A DNA stretch of 64,000 bases from Octopus vulgaris (lineage: Eukaryota), in assembly GCA_951406725.2 (NCBI GenBank), contig OX597816.1, positions 22,382,001 to 22,446,000 on the forward strand, written 5' to 3'. The notes under the pieces are model-generated. The model was not told the DNA's origin. It did not search any database and saw only the letters and a program-made list of their open reading frames with translations. Shown piece by piece: positions 39,088 to 53,514 of the stretch (the stretch's first letter is position 1; each line of letters begins with the position of its first letter). Made by a program: the position numbers and the translations under genes.

Positions 39088-39769
39088 CATATCGCATATG
39101 TATATGTCTATATGTGAAATTGGCTGGCTAATTTAGTACACTCGCTCGGTATAGGTTGGTTAAGCATTTCGCCCGATGTGCTAAAGCGGCGAGCTGGCAG
39201 AAACGTTAGCACGCCGGAGGAAATGCTTAACCAACCTATACCGAGCGAGTGTACTAAATTAGCCAGCCAATTTCACATATAGACATATACATATACGATA
39301 TATAAGGCAACGAAGTAGATTCGTATTAGCTGTCTTTGGTTTGATTTTTTAAAATAATCTCGGTTTTGTACTTTGTAAAATGTTACTTTATGTCCACATC
39401 AGCATTCTGGTGTCTACATTGGCTGTCATAGTATTGCTATAGCTTTATTTTTCTCCGCTAATTATAATTTTGACAAGATGTTATGATGGTTTATTGTCGT
39501 GTCTACAGCCAGATAACAGCAGCCGACACATTCTTGCAAAGAAACAGAAGAAATACAAATGTCTCGCTTTTATACATATGGGATACTCATGAAACTATAA
39601 AGAGAAGCATAGAATATGATACAATACTTTGTGCTACGCCATATCTAAAAATTTCAGCCATATATAATTCATGCATCACAATACATACATGGACACATGA
39701 CTTCGTATATTAAATAGTTGTTACACTGGAAAAGTTAGTGTGTGTGTGTGTCTGTTATCTTTTCGTTGT

Positions 39770-39971
39770 TGCATTCATTTGACTGCGGCCATGCTGGGGC
39801 ACCACCGTGAAGAATTTTTAGTCAAATGAATTGAACCCTGTATTTTTATTTTTGAGCCTGGCTCTTATACTATCGGTGTTTTTTGCTGAACCAGTAAGTC
39901 ATGGGGACATAAACACACCAATACCAGTTGTCAAGAAGTGGTGGGAGACAAACACACATACACATAAACCC

Positions 39972-40026
<55 letters not shown>

Positions 40027-40206
40027 AGTGTGTGTGTGTATGTATGTATATATATATATATATATATATACGGACAAGCTTCTTTCAGTTTCTGTCTACT
40101 AAAACTACTCACAAAACTATGATCAGCCCAAAGCTAAAAGTGTCTAAAATGCCACATTGTGACTGAACACGGAACCGCACGGTTGGGGAGCTAGTTTCTT
40201 ACCACA
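39770..40206 (-). mobile_element. Diverged SINE family G; further degraded pieces at about 41400-41580, 53005-53197, 57435-57657 and 63870-63932
   Basis: TTTGACTGCGGCCATGCTGG, GGGGACATAAACACACCA, GCTTCTTTCAGTTTC. Confidence 0.8.
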
Positions 40207-40317
40207 TCAGTGAGAGACCCTATGGAGAACTCAATTGTTTCCTGGTCTAATTGATATCAACGTGATCCAAGAAATAGATGAGTTTTCCATAGAGCTGCTC
40301 ATTATAAAAAAAAAACA

Positions 40318-40704
40318 TTTCTACTATAAGCACAAGGCCTGGATTTTGTGGGGTGGGGATTGCCGATTACATCGACCCCAGTGTTTCACTGGTAAGTAAT
40401 TTATTGCTCGGCAGAATTTGAACCCAGAACGTAGCGACGGGCGAAATACCGCTAAGTACTTCTTCCAGCATACTAACGATTCTCATTTCTTTATTGCCCA
40501 CAAAGGGCTAAACATAGAGGGGACAAACGAGGACAGACATAGGTATTAAGTCGATTACATCGACCGCACTGCGTAGCTGGTACTTAATTTATGGACCCTG
40601 AAAAGATGAAAGGCAAAGTCGACCTCGGCGGAATTTGAACTCAGAACGTAGCGGAATACGAAATACGGCTACGCATTTCCTCCGGCGTGCCAACTCGCCG
40701 CCTT
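40318..40704 (-). mobile_element. Composite SINE family B (tail-1 copy next to a tail-2 copy)
   Basis: Two central domains and both tail types. Confidence 0.8.
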
Positions 40705-41557
40705 TCTTCACTATCAAAATAATGAATGCACTATACTTAATTGTGTATTGAGATCCCATTTTAATTATGGTCCTCCTATATGTGTGTGCGGGGGGAGGGG
40801 TAAATGTGTGTGCGTAGCTGTGTTCGTGCGCGCGTCTGTGCGTGAGTATATGTGAGTCTGTATGTGCGAATGTGTGAGAGTGTGTGTGTATCGTATATAT
40901 TGCATAGCTCACCATATTGACGATGGTTATCATGAACTGCTTCAAATTGATTCCGTCGTTACAAATATTTATACTTGTTGATTTGTTTAACGCAGATAAA
41001 TTTTACATTTGTATTCAAAGTATATTCTATGGTCTCTTTATTACCATTTGCTATCGTTGTTCTGACTTCATCCCAATTTGTTTACAACGCTTTTTCTTTA
41101 TCCAATCTATAGAAAGGGAATAAATTGATTAAAATTAAAATAGATCAACCTGTCTTAAGCACTCTCCATAATTAACCTGTAAATAAGAGAAATACATTAA
41201 CTTGTGTTGACAGATTGAGAATCAATTTTCGAAGAGGAAGACAAGAACTGTTCCGTCTACTGAATATATAATCAACGTTATTATATGTATCATTTATTTT
41301 TTATTCATTTTGGCTATTGAAATACAGCCATAATTGAAATCCCCCTGAGCGGTTTATCTGAAGAAATCGACTCCAGGAATATTTGTTTAAAGTTTGGTAC
41401 TTATTCTTGCTTTTCTTTTTTGGCGCATTCGCTAATTTACGAAAATGTAAACGTAAACATAACAACACCGGATGTCAGGCGGAAGGAATCATACGCAAAC
41501 ACACAGGCATATATTTATCCACACAGCACACGCATGCACACTCACACACACCCTCAC

Positions 41558-41621
<64 letters not shown>

Positions 41622-41829
41622 TATATATATACTATATATACACACACATAAAAATATATCGAATCAAAATGGGTTCCTTTCATGTAAAAGCATATATATA
41701 TATATACACAAGATATTCTCTACATCCTAAACACCCCGTTAAAACCGAAAAGCCATGACTGACCGCTAAATCTACAATTTTTCTTTTTCTATTTTTTCTT
41801 TCTCTCTCTCTCTGTTGATTTTCTCATTC

Positions 41830-41950
41830 CTTTCTGTTGAAGAGCGTAGGCTCGAAACGTAAAAGACTTTTTCATGTTCCCGAGCGTCAAACTAACACAG
41901 CTACTTGTTGTCTATACACCTGTCTTCATATTTTGTTTTTCTATAAATAT
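41830..41950 (+). mobile_element. Penelope-like pLTR fragment (family H) with hammerhead-like motif at 41830-41865
   Basis: CTTT-CTGTTGA-A-GAGC-GTAG-GCTC-GAAA-CG-TA-AAAG; core differs from CUGANGA at one position. Confidence 0.65.
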
Positions 41951-43055
41951 GTCAACTTTATATATGGAAAGAAGTGGTGTATTTCCACGCAGGAAAAAAT
42001 ATAGGAGAATTTGCTTTTGAAAATGCACCTGAATTTGAAAAACTTCTGGCTGCTTTTAAATATATTTATTTATATTCATATCAAACTAGCACGTATTATG
42101 ACCATGTTGTATAACGGTAGATTGAACATATATATTTTTTACGGTATTTTTACATTTGTTTTACGATGTTTTTTACGTTATTTTTACGTTGATATTACGC
42201 TCTAATATTTACTATGTAAATTATGATTATTATATTTTATCATTCGTAATTTTTTTATTTTATCATCACTATATTATATAGTCTTTTCATTATTATATCA
42301 TCACTATTATACATTCTTTTCATTATATTATAATTTTCTTCATTCCTACACATTATTAATTTGTATGCGTGTTTATAGGCATAAGTTACGTTTGAATTTA
42401 ATTTTGCAAATTTTAAATTATAATCAATTAAATTATGGCTTGCACGGCAAGGTTCGGCGAATTTATTTGCACACACGCATATTTGTCTGTTAAGACTGTT
42501 AAAATATTAAAATATAGAAATAGTTATTGAAATGGGACTGGACCAAAATCTATGGAGTTGCAAAGCCAGCTTCTTTGCATTACATCTCATCTTGTATCTT
42601 TATTAACAATATAAATGGGAAACTAATACGCAAATGATAGAGAAATGAAAAATACTGGCTACCTAGAAATGTTCTTTATCCTTTTATATTCGATGTCTTT
42701 TGTTGCTTGAATGCTTTTCGTTATATCGCTGCTTTAGTACAATTGTTAAATAGCTGGGTGAATTTAATATCGTGTTTGCTGTCTTTATTTGCTTTTTTGT
42801 TTGTATCATCCAGGTTTGGAGGGTTCTAAATGTGCCATCTGATTAAATGTACAAAACTTGCACCAAATACTTGTGTCGTATGTATCTTATACGTAACGCG
42901 TAAAAGAAACACTTGTAATATTTGTTTCGACGTGTAGAATCACATATGGAATTTACTATAAGTAATTTTATATGAACCTCTACGTTAATTGTTTTGAAAT
43001 ATCTGAGTCACTAAATACCAAATACCAAACATCTAGCTTTAACAAACGCGATCCC

Positions 43056-43104
<49 letters not shown>

Positions 43105-43937
43105 GTGCGTGTGTGTGTGTATAATAAAATACATAATATATAAATATATGCATATATACATATATATGTACATACCTACATATATATGTGTATATACAAG
43201 CATAAAAAGACGTTGAGCACAATGAGAAACGAAAACATAGAAAAGTAACTTGCTTCGAACAACGAAAAAAACAACAGAGAAACGAGACGTAAAACATAAA
43301 GAATATTCCTCTTCTTCAGTTATCTCTGTTTTAACTACTCCACGTTACGAAGGTAAGGACAAGACGCGACTTCATTGAAACAGTCCTTCCCACAAAGCAA
43401 TTTAAATAAATTTGGGATTATTTGCGGAGGGTACAAGTGGTAACAAGAACAGGACATTAAGAACAAAACAGCAAAAACAATAAAAATCGTAAAAACAGTA
43501 AAAGACAGAACAATGAGAACAAAACAATATATATATATACACACACGAAATATGGTGGTTTAGTTCACAGGTGATCTAATGTGCTAGGTACGCCGGGTTA
43601 GTGCTGTAACGGATTAACGGGGTTCCAAGGTAATAGCCGAGACGAAAGTTATGGAGCCATTGTAGATTTCCGATATAGCGGATATATATTTATTAATGAG
43701 GACAGCAAACGCCAAATCAAGACAATCATCTGAAGTCATATACGTTATTATTATTAGAAACATTTAAAATCTTACAGCTGTTTCTGGGATATCCCAAAAT
43801 ATGCGATATTTCGTCATCGGAGACGAGTTGGGAAAATGTGAAGGGTATAGATTAAGGAAACGGTTAAATGAAAGACTGGAGAAGAAAAGAAATGAAGAAA
43901 TGAAGAAAAAAGTATAACAGATCACAGTCCAAGTTTG

Positions 43938-44050
<113 letters not shown>

Positions 44051-44051
44051 G

Positions 44052-44106
<55 letters not shown>

Positions 44107-44798
44107 GTATATGAAAACACAAATACCATCAGCACTAAGTATTAATGGGGAATAAATAATCTTTAGGTTCGTGATATATTGCAACGTGTAAAGTCAAATT
44201 CACTGTTGTTGCTGTGAAGAAACAATTCTCGCTTAAGGTAAAAGGTGTCAAAACAACATATCCACCTCTAGTATCTTCTCCTAGTAGACTCCCAGGCACG
44301 TTTCCAGCTCTTTAGCTTTCGGCGATAGTTGATGCCAAAGAGAGATATTTTGAACAGATTGTAAAGCCGTAGCTTTATCTTAAAACAATCAATATCTGCG
44401 ACTATGTTGCGCTTACGGTCCACCTGGTCGAACTAAGCTTATTGGAATCAGTACCAAACAGTGGTGAGGAATAACCAGATTTAGTTAGTTAAATTATATT
44501 TCCGACTCGACCAAGCTCTCTGGGAGCGCAGCTTAGCCACTGATATTGACTGTTTTAAGATAAAGCTACGGCTTCAGAATCTACTCGAGTTATCTCTCTT
44601 CGGTATCTCCAAATGAGGAAGGCTAACGAGCCAGGAAAGCGGGTGAAAGTCTACTAGAAGATACTGAGCAGATATATATATATATATATAAATATATGGC
44701 GTTTTATACAGCCTTAACTAAAAGTGAATTTTTTTCCTTCACGGTAATCGCAGTGAATTTGCCCCTAGAAGTTGAAATATATTTATATATATTTGTCA

Positions 44799-45010
44799 TT
44801 CTTTTATTTGTTTCGGTCATTTGACTGCGGCCATATTGTAGCACCACCATTTAGTCGATCAAAGCGACCCCAGGACTTATTCTTTGTAAGCCTAGTACTT
44901 ATTCTACCGGTCGCTTTATGCCGAACTGCTTATTTACGGGGACGTAAACACACCAGCATCGGATGTCAAACGATGATGGGGAGATTAACACGGACATACA
45001 AACGCACACA

Positions 45011-45090
<80 letters not shown>

Positions 45091-45223
45091 TATACGACGG
45101 GCTTCTTTCAGTTTCCGTCTACCAAATCCACTCACAAGGCTATAGTAGAATACATTTGCCCAAGGTGCCACACAGTGGGATTGAACCCGGGACCATGTGG
45201 TTGGTAGGCAAGCCACTCCTGCA
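44799..45223 (-). mobile_element. SINE family G with expanded internal microsatellite
   Basis: Reverse complement of 14608-14997. Confidence 0.9.
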
Positions 45224-46602
45224 TATAATTTCTTCGATTCAACATAAGGAGTTACATTAGAAAAACTTATCTGAATCCCACATGCTATATTCGAGTTACG
45301 TATTCAAAAACATACCAAGGTTTTTTAGCGATATATCTGCCTGTGAAGTACTTCACAGAAAAGTACAGCGCCGATGGTTATTATTGCACGACCACAACGC
45401 TGTGAATACACAAACTTGGTATTTAGATATTCTTTAATTTATTCTCTTTTGCTTCAGTATCAAACAGCTTCGGAAAGTTTCGAACTTTTGATGAATAATG
45501 CAATCAGCTAAGGCCAATTTCTAAGAACATTATTCGTCTAACCCTTCATTTCCATACCATAGAAATTTATTCAATATGTGGATACAACTGGGAATAGACT
45601 TTGTGTAGCATCTCAAATAACACCCTTTAGCATCATTTTGAGGAGTTGGCAATCACTTGGCTAGTGTATGCACTTGGCCATTACAGCCATTATGTAAGTC
45701 TTGTTTAATGAACATACCTTCATTCAGGAATGTGAGTTTGTATAAACACCTTACGGTTTTATTTTCGAAGAATGCCTAATCTTACTGTGGAACATTTGTA
45801 AGAATAATTTAAACAGAACATAATTATTCTGCGTACTGTTTACATTCACTATTCGCTTGGAATACATAGCATTCTGATATTCCCTGTAAAGAAAACGAAT
45901 GAAATAAAGAGAAGTATACAAATAGAGATGTGAAGAAAGGATGCATCGAAGAAAGGAAAAAAAATTATAAGAAACATACACACGAAAGGTAGAAACAAGA
46001 TGGCTATCTTTTCCTTCTTTGTATTTCAACTGCGTCAGTTTAAATTGGCAAGACTACCTGCTACGGCAGTTTTCAATGCTTTGCCCGTAAACCAAATACC
46101 TTCTGTAAGATTTCATGTGTGATAGATTTCTATGCTAATGTAAACTTAGTGGTTGTAGGGAAAATTTTCTTTCAAAGACTTTTCACCAGAGTATTGCCAA
46201 CAAAATAGTTTTATCGTTCCTCATATATTTCCCTTTTTAGCTTTCATTTATCTTTCATGTCTTCAAATCTTGCCTCTTATTTCTCCACGTTTATTTATTC
46301 ACTTTTCCATCGTGCGTTCTTCTATATAAATCCTTATGTCACACTGTTGCAACGTTTCAGTACCTCATTTTGCAAAGATAACTTCAACCATTATTATTCA
46401 TGCTGACAATAATATAATGCTAATGGATTCATTTATTACTTTACATTCATCCACAACCTCAAATATATATCTATATCGCGTGCCTGTGTATCTGGCTATG
46501 GTCTTTTCAATGTAATCACTACCTATATATATTTTTCTGTATGTACTTCATACTGTACACCAACATGCGTACACACAGATACGTACATATTAAACCCCGG
46601 CC

Positions 46603-46745
<143 letters not shown>

Positions 46746-47096
46746 GCAAATGTTGTTATATATCGATATATAAGCGAAACTAGTTTGCAACTGTATCTTA
46801 AATTAATCCTAAATCGTCTCCTGAAATAGGTGTTACAAAATTTATCTTAAATGTTAATTGCCAAATGTGCAGAAGCGTTTAATTAATTTTGGATATTGAT
46901 TTTAATATAAATACTTTGTCATCTGACAACAAACATGGCTCTAAGCAGCTCGATACCAATCAACCCCCACCTATATCCAAATTTCGAAGGAAGTGTTCAC
47001 GCTTTCATCTATTTTCATCTCACATCCGAAAAGCGAAAAATATCTGCATACTTTCATACATACATACATACATACATACATACATACATACATACA

Positions 47097-47130
<34 letters not shown>

Positions 47131-47227
47131 CATACATACATACATACATACATACATACATGCATACCTTTCGTGCATCTATGCAGTAACACAGACATAC
47201 ACCTGTGAATATGTACGTGTCTGTATG

Positions 47228-47296
<69 letters not shown>

Positions 47297-48182
47297 TAAT
47301 TCCATACGTGTAACATAATTAAAGGAAGCTGAAATGCACTCTGTGACTTTAGAGTGATCTACATCCATTTGCTTAAGATCTTTGCAGAATTTTCTAATTT
47401 TGAAATATATTGGGATAGAAAGATCAGAGGCAATACCGTGTTTGCCTTGATTCTGATTAGAAAATCAGCTCCTTTTTATGAAGAGATAATGGCTTCAATT
47501 CCCATAAGATGAGGTAGGTTGGGTAGTTAATGTTAGTCACGATATCATATGGCCACATTGCTCTATGATATTTGTACCAAAAGTTATTAGGCAAGCGCAT
47601 GTATTATGTGACAGTATGAATAGCCAGTTCCCTTTATATTCCTTTATTAGTTCGTGTAACATCATAAAGGTTTAATAATAGTATGAACAGGTTTTCAGAA
47701 TAACTAACGTTACAGAAATAACTTATTTGGTTGAATATATAAAGCTGTTTATGTTTGTTTTTTTTTGTTTTTGCTTTTTTTGTGGGATATGGTGTATAAT
47801 TATATGACGACTCAGCTTGGAAAGTAGTTATAGCGTATACACTCGTTGTTTGTATTTTTCAATAAACATATTTCATGCTTTTGTATTTTTCAATAAACAT
47901 ATTCATGCTTTTGTCGAGCGCATGGTAAAAGAGAATAAGCTTACGGCCGTGGGTTCGTAGAGTAATCCATTCATCCAACAAACGTTTGCACATATCTCAT
48001 TATAGATGTGTACGTCTGTATATATATATTTCTATATATGCATCTACACAAAGAAATAGAGACAGACAGACGTGGCAGAAACAGTTGGAGACAAACAAAT
48101 GGGGACAGACAAAAGACATGCAGTGTGATGGCAAGATAGTTAGAGCGATGTCAGAAGAAGTACCCTGTGGTATTTCTTGACA

Positions 48183-48414
48183 AAGGCGGCGAGCTGGCAG
48201 AAACGTTAGCACGCCGGGCAAAATGCTTAGCGGTATTTCGTCTGCGTTACGTTGTGAGTTCAAATTCCGCCGAGGTCGACTTTGCCTTTCATCCTTTCGG
48301 GGTCGATAAATTAAGTACCAGTTACGCACTGGGGTCGATGTAATCGACTTAATACCTATGTCTGTCCTTGTTTGTCCCCTCTGTGTTTAGCCCCTTTTGG
48401 GTAATAAAGAAATA
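48183..48414 (+). mobile_element. SINE family B, tail 1, consensus-like
   Basis: Full head to AATAAAGAAATA; imperfect TSD TATTTCTTGACAA / TATTTTATTGACAA. Confidence 0.9.
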
Positions 48415-49679
48415 GATATTTATTGACAATTCAGTTTCAAATCTCATTGCTTATACACAGCAAATGTTTATGAAAACTGCTGTTCGTCCACAGAAACTTA
48501 CCATTCATAGATATTTATATATTTGTGGTTGATAAGTATCAGTTCTAGATTCTATCCAGTGAAGTCAATAATAAATGAATATTTATAATATATATTCTAT
48601 TGCACTGAACCAGAGTAGCTATCGCCTTGTCAGACATACAAGAACAGTTACACGTTGCTCTAATCACACATAAAAATTGTCCTTTATAAGTATTTATTGC
48701 ATACAATATTTCGCATAGAATAGAATTCGTTTACACTAAGTAAATTAAAATTCAAGCCTCGGCAATGTGCACTGTTTAATTTATAGACGATCATCCAGTG
48801 TTATGCTGAGTATAGATGTGAAATAAATCTATGTTCATTTGATTTAATCAACAGAGATTCTAGTATCGCTGCGAAAAGTATAAAGTGTGATTATATGATT
48901 ATATCATAATGTTTATCCGTGTCCACTCTTTGCTATGCTATCAAGTTCAACCGTTTCAGAATTTTATGCTAAATCAGAGGAAGGTTGCGCATATACAGAT
49001 TATTAAGTGTGTAGGAAGTGCTTGCTATTGTTTCTATACACAAAGTTAGACGTATATTTAACTAGCTTAATTTTCATAAGAATGCACGCGATGACAGTAT
49101 AAATTATTTAATTTACAGAAGCAATCTACTGTTATGCGCCTAACCGTAATGTAAGTCAAGTTTATGGCTTTATTACATTCCGTTTTTATCAAATTTACAT
49201 TTTAGACACTTTGTCAATTATATATCGAAGTTAAATTACATGTTTTTTTCGCTCTTTGCTAAAGGGTGAGGAAATCAATCAAATTTCAAACTTTGCCAAA
49301 TTTTCATCAGTGATTGGTTAGTCAATTCCTTGAAACAGAATATCTTTTTATGCTAGTGCAAATTAATTAATAATAGCACTAAGACTGTAAGTAGATTGAA
49401 AATACATAAGAAACTTACAAGCGTTTTCCTTTTTCTTTCCTTTTGTTTTTGTAAATAACCCTTTATATATTCACTTTAAAATCAACACGATCTATAAACT
49501 GTATGTTTTTCTTCTCCTGTACCAAAGAAACAAAGAGATTTGACTATTTTCTATACTTAGTATACTATACTTAGTACCGATTCACCAGACATCAGTTGCA
49601 TACAATGTGACTACATAGTGAATCATTATAGCTAATTATATTGGTTTTAAAGTTTGGAAGTTTGGAAGCATGAGAAGCT

Positions 49680-50254
49680 AAATTGATTAAATCAACCTCA
49701 GTGCTCAGCTTGTACTCTATTTTATCGGCCTCGAAAGGGATGACAGGCAAAACCGTCATTGGGAGAATTTGAAAACAGAACGTAAAGACGGCAGAAATAT
49801 ATATTTTTTGCTACCCACAAGGGGCTAAACATAGAGGGGACAAACAAGGACAGACAAACGGATTAAGTCGATTACATCGACCCCAGTGCGAAACTGGTAC
49901 TTAATATATCGACCCCGAAAGGATTAAAGGCAAAGTCGACCTCGGCGGAATTTGAACTCAGAACGTAACGACAGACGAAATACTGCTAAGCATTTTGCCC
50001 GGCACGCTAACGTGTCTGCCAGCTCGCCGCCCTAAAAACTTTTTTATTGCCCAGAAGGGGCTAAACAAGGACAGACAAACGGATTAAGTCGATTATATCG
50101 ACCCCAGTGCGAAACTGGTACTTAATATATCGACCCCGAAAGGATGAAAGGCAAAGTCCACCTCGGCGGAATTTGAACTCAGAACGTAACAGCAGACGAA
50201 ATAACGCTAAGCATATCACCCGGCGTGCTAACGATTCTGCCAGATCCCGCCTTA
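49680..50254 (-). mobile_element. Cluster of three SINE family B units
   Basis: Headed copies ending at about 50033 and 50254 plus an older unit at 49680-49800. Confidence 0.85.
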
Positions 50255-50978
50255 CTTTAAGCTATTTATATTATTTGCCAAAATCATATAAAGCAAACTT
50301 TAGTATATCTTTTTAATTTACGCAACAGCACTTGTGTTTCCTGGGAGAATTTAAATACACTGTATTTCCTAAATAATTTGATTCGTATCGTTATGATGAG
50401 GAACAAATAACGGGTCTCTAATTGAATAGTAATAAAATACTAAAATTAGTACGATCGACTTTTAGTGAGCAGGAGCTCCGGTTCTTCAGAAGTTCTACTG
50501 TAGAAATAAATTTACCCGCCTGTAAATACATTTCGTGTATTCAATTATCCATTCGCTGATTTATCTTTCTATTAATAAAAAATTCACTTTCAACATTAGC
50601 ATTTTTGTGAAAATTTAGCGGACTAATTTAGTATTGTTTTCTTTTCTGAGATTTTGTATACAGCGTAACTATAGACTAATAATAACTCTTCTCCGTCCAG
50701 AAGTTGTGCAAAGGATATTTGATGTAGCAATAAAAACAATAAAGCTAGTCAGTTCGATCCATATTTTTTTCACTAATGATTGGGATAAATATCCGCGGTT
50801 TAATCATAAGTATTTAATTTTCATATCGACGTTTACATCTTTGTTTTCTTATAAAGGAGAAAAGTAGCCTTGCAATTTCAACTTATATTTCTCTCTCTCT
50901 CTCTCTCTCTCTCTACCTCTCCATACCACTTTCTGTTTCTTTGGCACTCTCCTTCTCTCTCTCTCCCTCTTGCTCTCT

Positions 50979-51038
<60 letters not shown>

Positions 51039-51244
51039 ATATATATATATGTGTGTGTGTTTATATATATTATATATATATTTTTTTTTTTTTATTATAT
51101 ATTTATTTGTGTGTGGTGTGTGTGTGTGTGTTGTGTGTGTGTGTGTTGGTGTGTGTGTGTGTGTGTGTTGTGTGTGTGTGTGTGTTATATTGTGTTGTTT
51201 TTTTATTTTTTTTTTTTTTTATTTATTATATATTATATATTATA

Positions 51245-51275
<31 letters not shown>

Positions 51276-51782
51276 GTTGTGTATGTGTGTGTATTTATCT
51301 AACTACATAAATACATATATGTATGTATGAATTTGAATCCGAATTCATTTTAAAATAACCTCGTAAATTGCACCAAGTTTTCAAAACAGATTCTAAAAAC
51401 AAAAACAAAAAAAGTGTAGACTCAAAATCGTTGTCGTATACGGGTTAACTGAACCGTAATTATTCTCTCGTAATGAGGATTATGATACGTGAGTTTTTTT
51501 GTTTTTTAAATAAGTAATACGTATGCTTGGAATATGAGAGAACAAAAAAGAAATATTAGTTTTCCTACATATGGTATTATTGTTGCTTATTTTATTTTAT
51601 AGATTTCTTTGTAAGATATTTTTATGCATTTAAGTTCGGATCATGAATGAATTGTTTACAATAACAAGGAAGACAGATTAATTCTGAAAATATACTGCAT
51701 ATATTCGTTTTGTGAGACTTTTTAAAAGAACCGTTTCTTTCTGTGACGAGGTGCACGAATTCAAGCACAAGCAAGAATTAGA

Positions 51783-51909
<127 letters not shown>

Positions 51910-52281
51910 CATCTACCTATATATATATGGATGTATATACGTATATTGTAAATACATTTAGGAGCCCGAACCTAATTCTATTTATAAAATTTCACTCGCC
52001 GCCGTTCCTAATTCATGCAAAATTCGGATATATATGTATACGTATGTGTGTGTAGATAGATAAATAGAAACAGACCTATACATATGCACATGATATTGAC
52101 AAAAAGTTGAAATATATTCATGTATGTAATTTAAAATTCTAGCACTGACATATCTACACACACAGAATAAATATATGCATACATATACCTATACAGTCCA
52201 GCGAAAGCTACCAGATCGGAACTTTGAAATCACTGTCACGTAGATACACACATACATATATGTGTGTGTTCGTATGCATAG

Positions 52282-52391
<110 letters not shown>

Positions 52392-52544
52392 GTGTTAAGT
52401 GTTATGGCACGATTACTGATGAGCAAAATATTTCATTTGCTGAAGAAATCTGAAACCTTGTTATAACCGTAAAAAAATAACAAGGTAAAAGATTTTAACT
52501 TTCATTCCCATCGAAAATTGCTCTTAAATGTAGCAATATATATA

Positions 52545-52650
52545 TATAGTGAGAATTTACAAAAAAAAAAAAAAAAAAGACGAAGACGGGTGTGTTAACG
52601 ACAAACAGATGTATTAGTTTAACAACGCTCGAAAAGTGAGAAAGTCTTCC
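52545..52650 (-). mobile_element. Family H (Penelope-like) terminal fragment
   Basis: TAGTGAGAATTTACAAA..AAGACGGGTGTG..AACAGATGTATTAGTTTAAC shared with 33175-33275. Confidence 0.6.
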
Positions 52651-52910
52651 CCTTTTGAGAAGGGCGGCCAAACATGTATAGATCAAAACAGTTTGATTCA
52701 AATTCGTTGGTGTTCTTGAGTTTCAAGCGTGATGCTAGCCATCAGCCATTTCTAATTTGAATGGCTGACCACTAGCATCACGCTTGAAATACAAGAGTAC
52801 AAACGAAACTGGATCAAACTGTTTTGATCCACACACACATACACACACATACATATATATATAGAGAGAGAGAGGGCGAGGGAGACAGAGAGAGAGATAG
52901 ACTGACAGAT

Positions 52911-52999
<89 letters not shown>

Positions 53000-53458
53000 A
53001 TATATTACGGGCTTCTTTTAGTTTAAATCTACTCAAAAGGCTTTGGTCGGCCCGAAGCTACTGAAGGAACTTGTCCAAGGTGCCACAGAGTGGAACCGAA
53101 CCCTGAAGCTACTGAAGGAACTTGTCCAAGGTTCCACAGAGTGGGACCGAACCCAGAACAATGTTGTTGCGTGGCTTCTTAGCACCCAGCCACGCTTCCG
53201 CCTTCTATTTCAAATATTTGGAGAAATTAGTCAACTTCTCTAACGTACTTAACCTTCGTATATGGAACACGACATCTAGAAATGTATAGAATGTTCATAT
53301 CGAGAGATAGCGTAGCTCTACATTTTTACATATGACAGGTATTTGTCATCATGCAGTTTGTGGTTTATACAACGTTTCGGCTGATATACCCTCCAGCTTT
53401 CATCAGGTGCCTTGGGGAGATTTCAAACCCGGGTTCTCATTCCTAACGTATTTTTCGA

Positions 53459-53513
<55 letters not shown>

Positions 53514-53514
<1 letters not shown>

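Noticed and set aside
42086-42615. Possible additional Helitron starting at CTAGCACG with a hairpin-like ACCATGTTGTATAACGGT
   Set aside because: Other terminus not identifiable and no second copy in the window
45890-46310. Weak inverted similarity between a GA-rich and a TC-rich tract
   Set aside because: Could be explained by base composition alone
51050-51300. Irregular TG/T-rich tract with long Cys/Val ORFs
   Set aside because: Looks like a noisy microsatellite, probably low-quality consensus sequence
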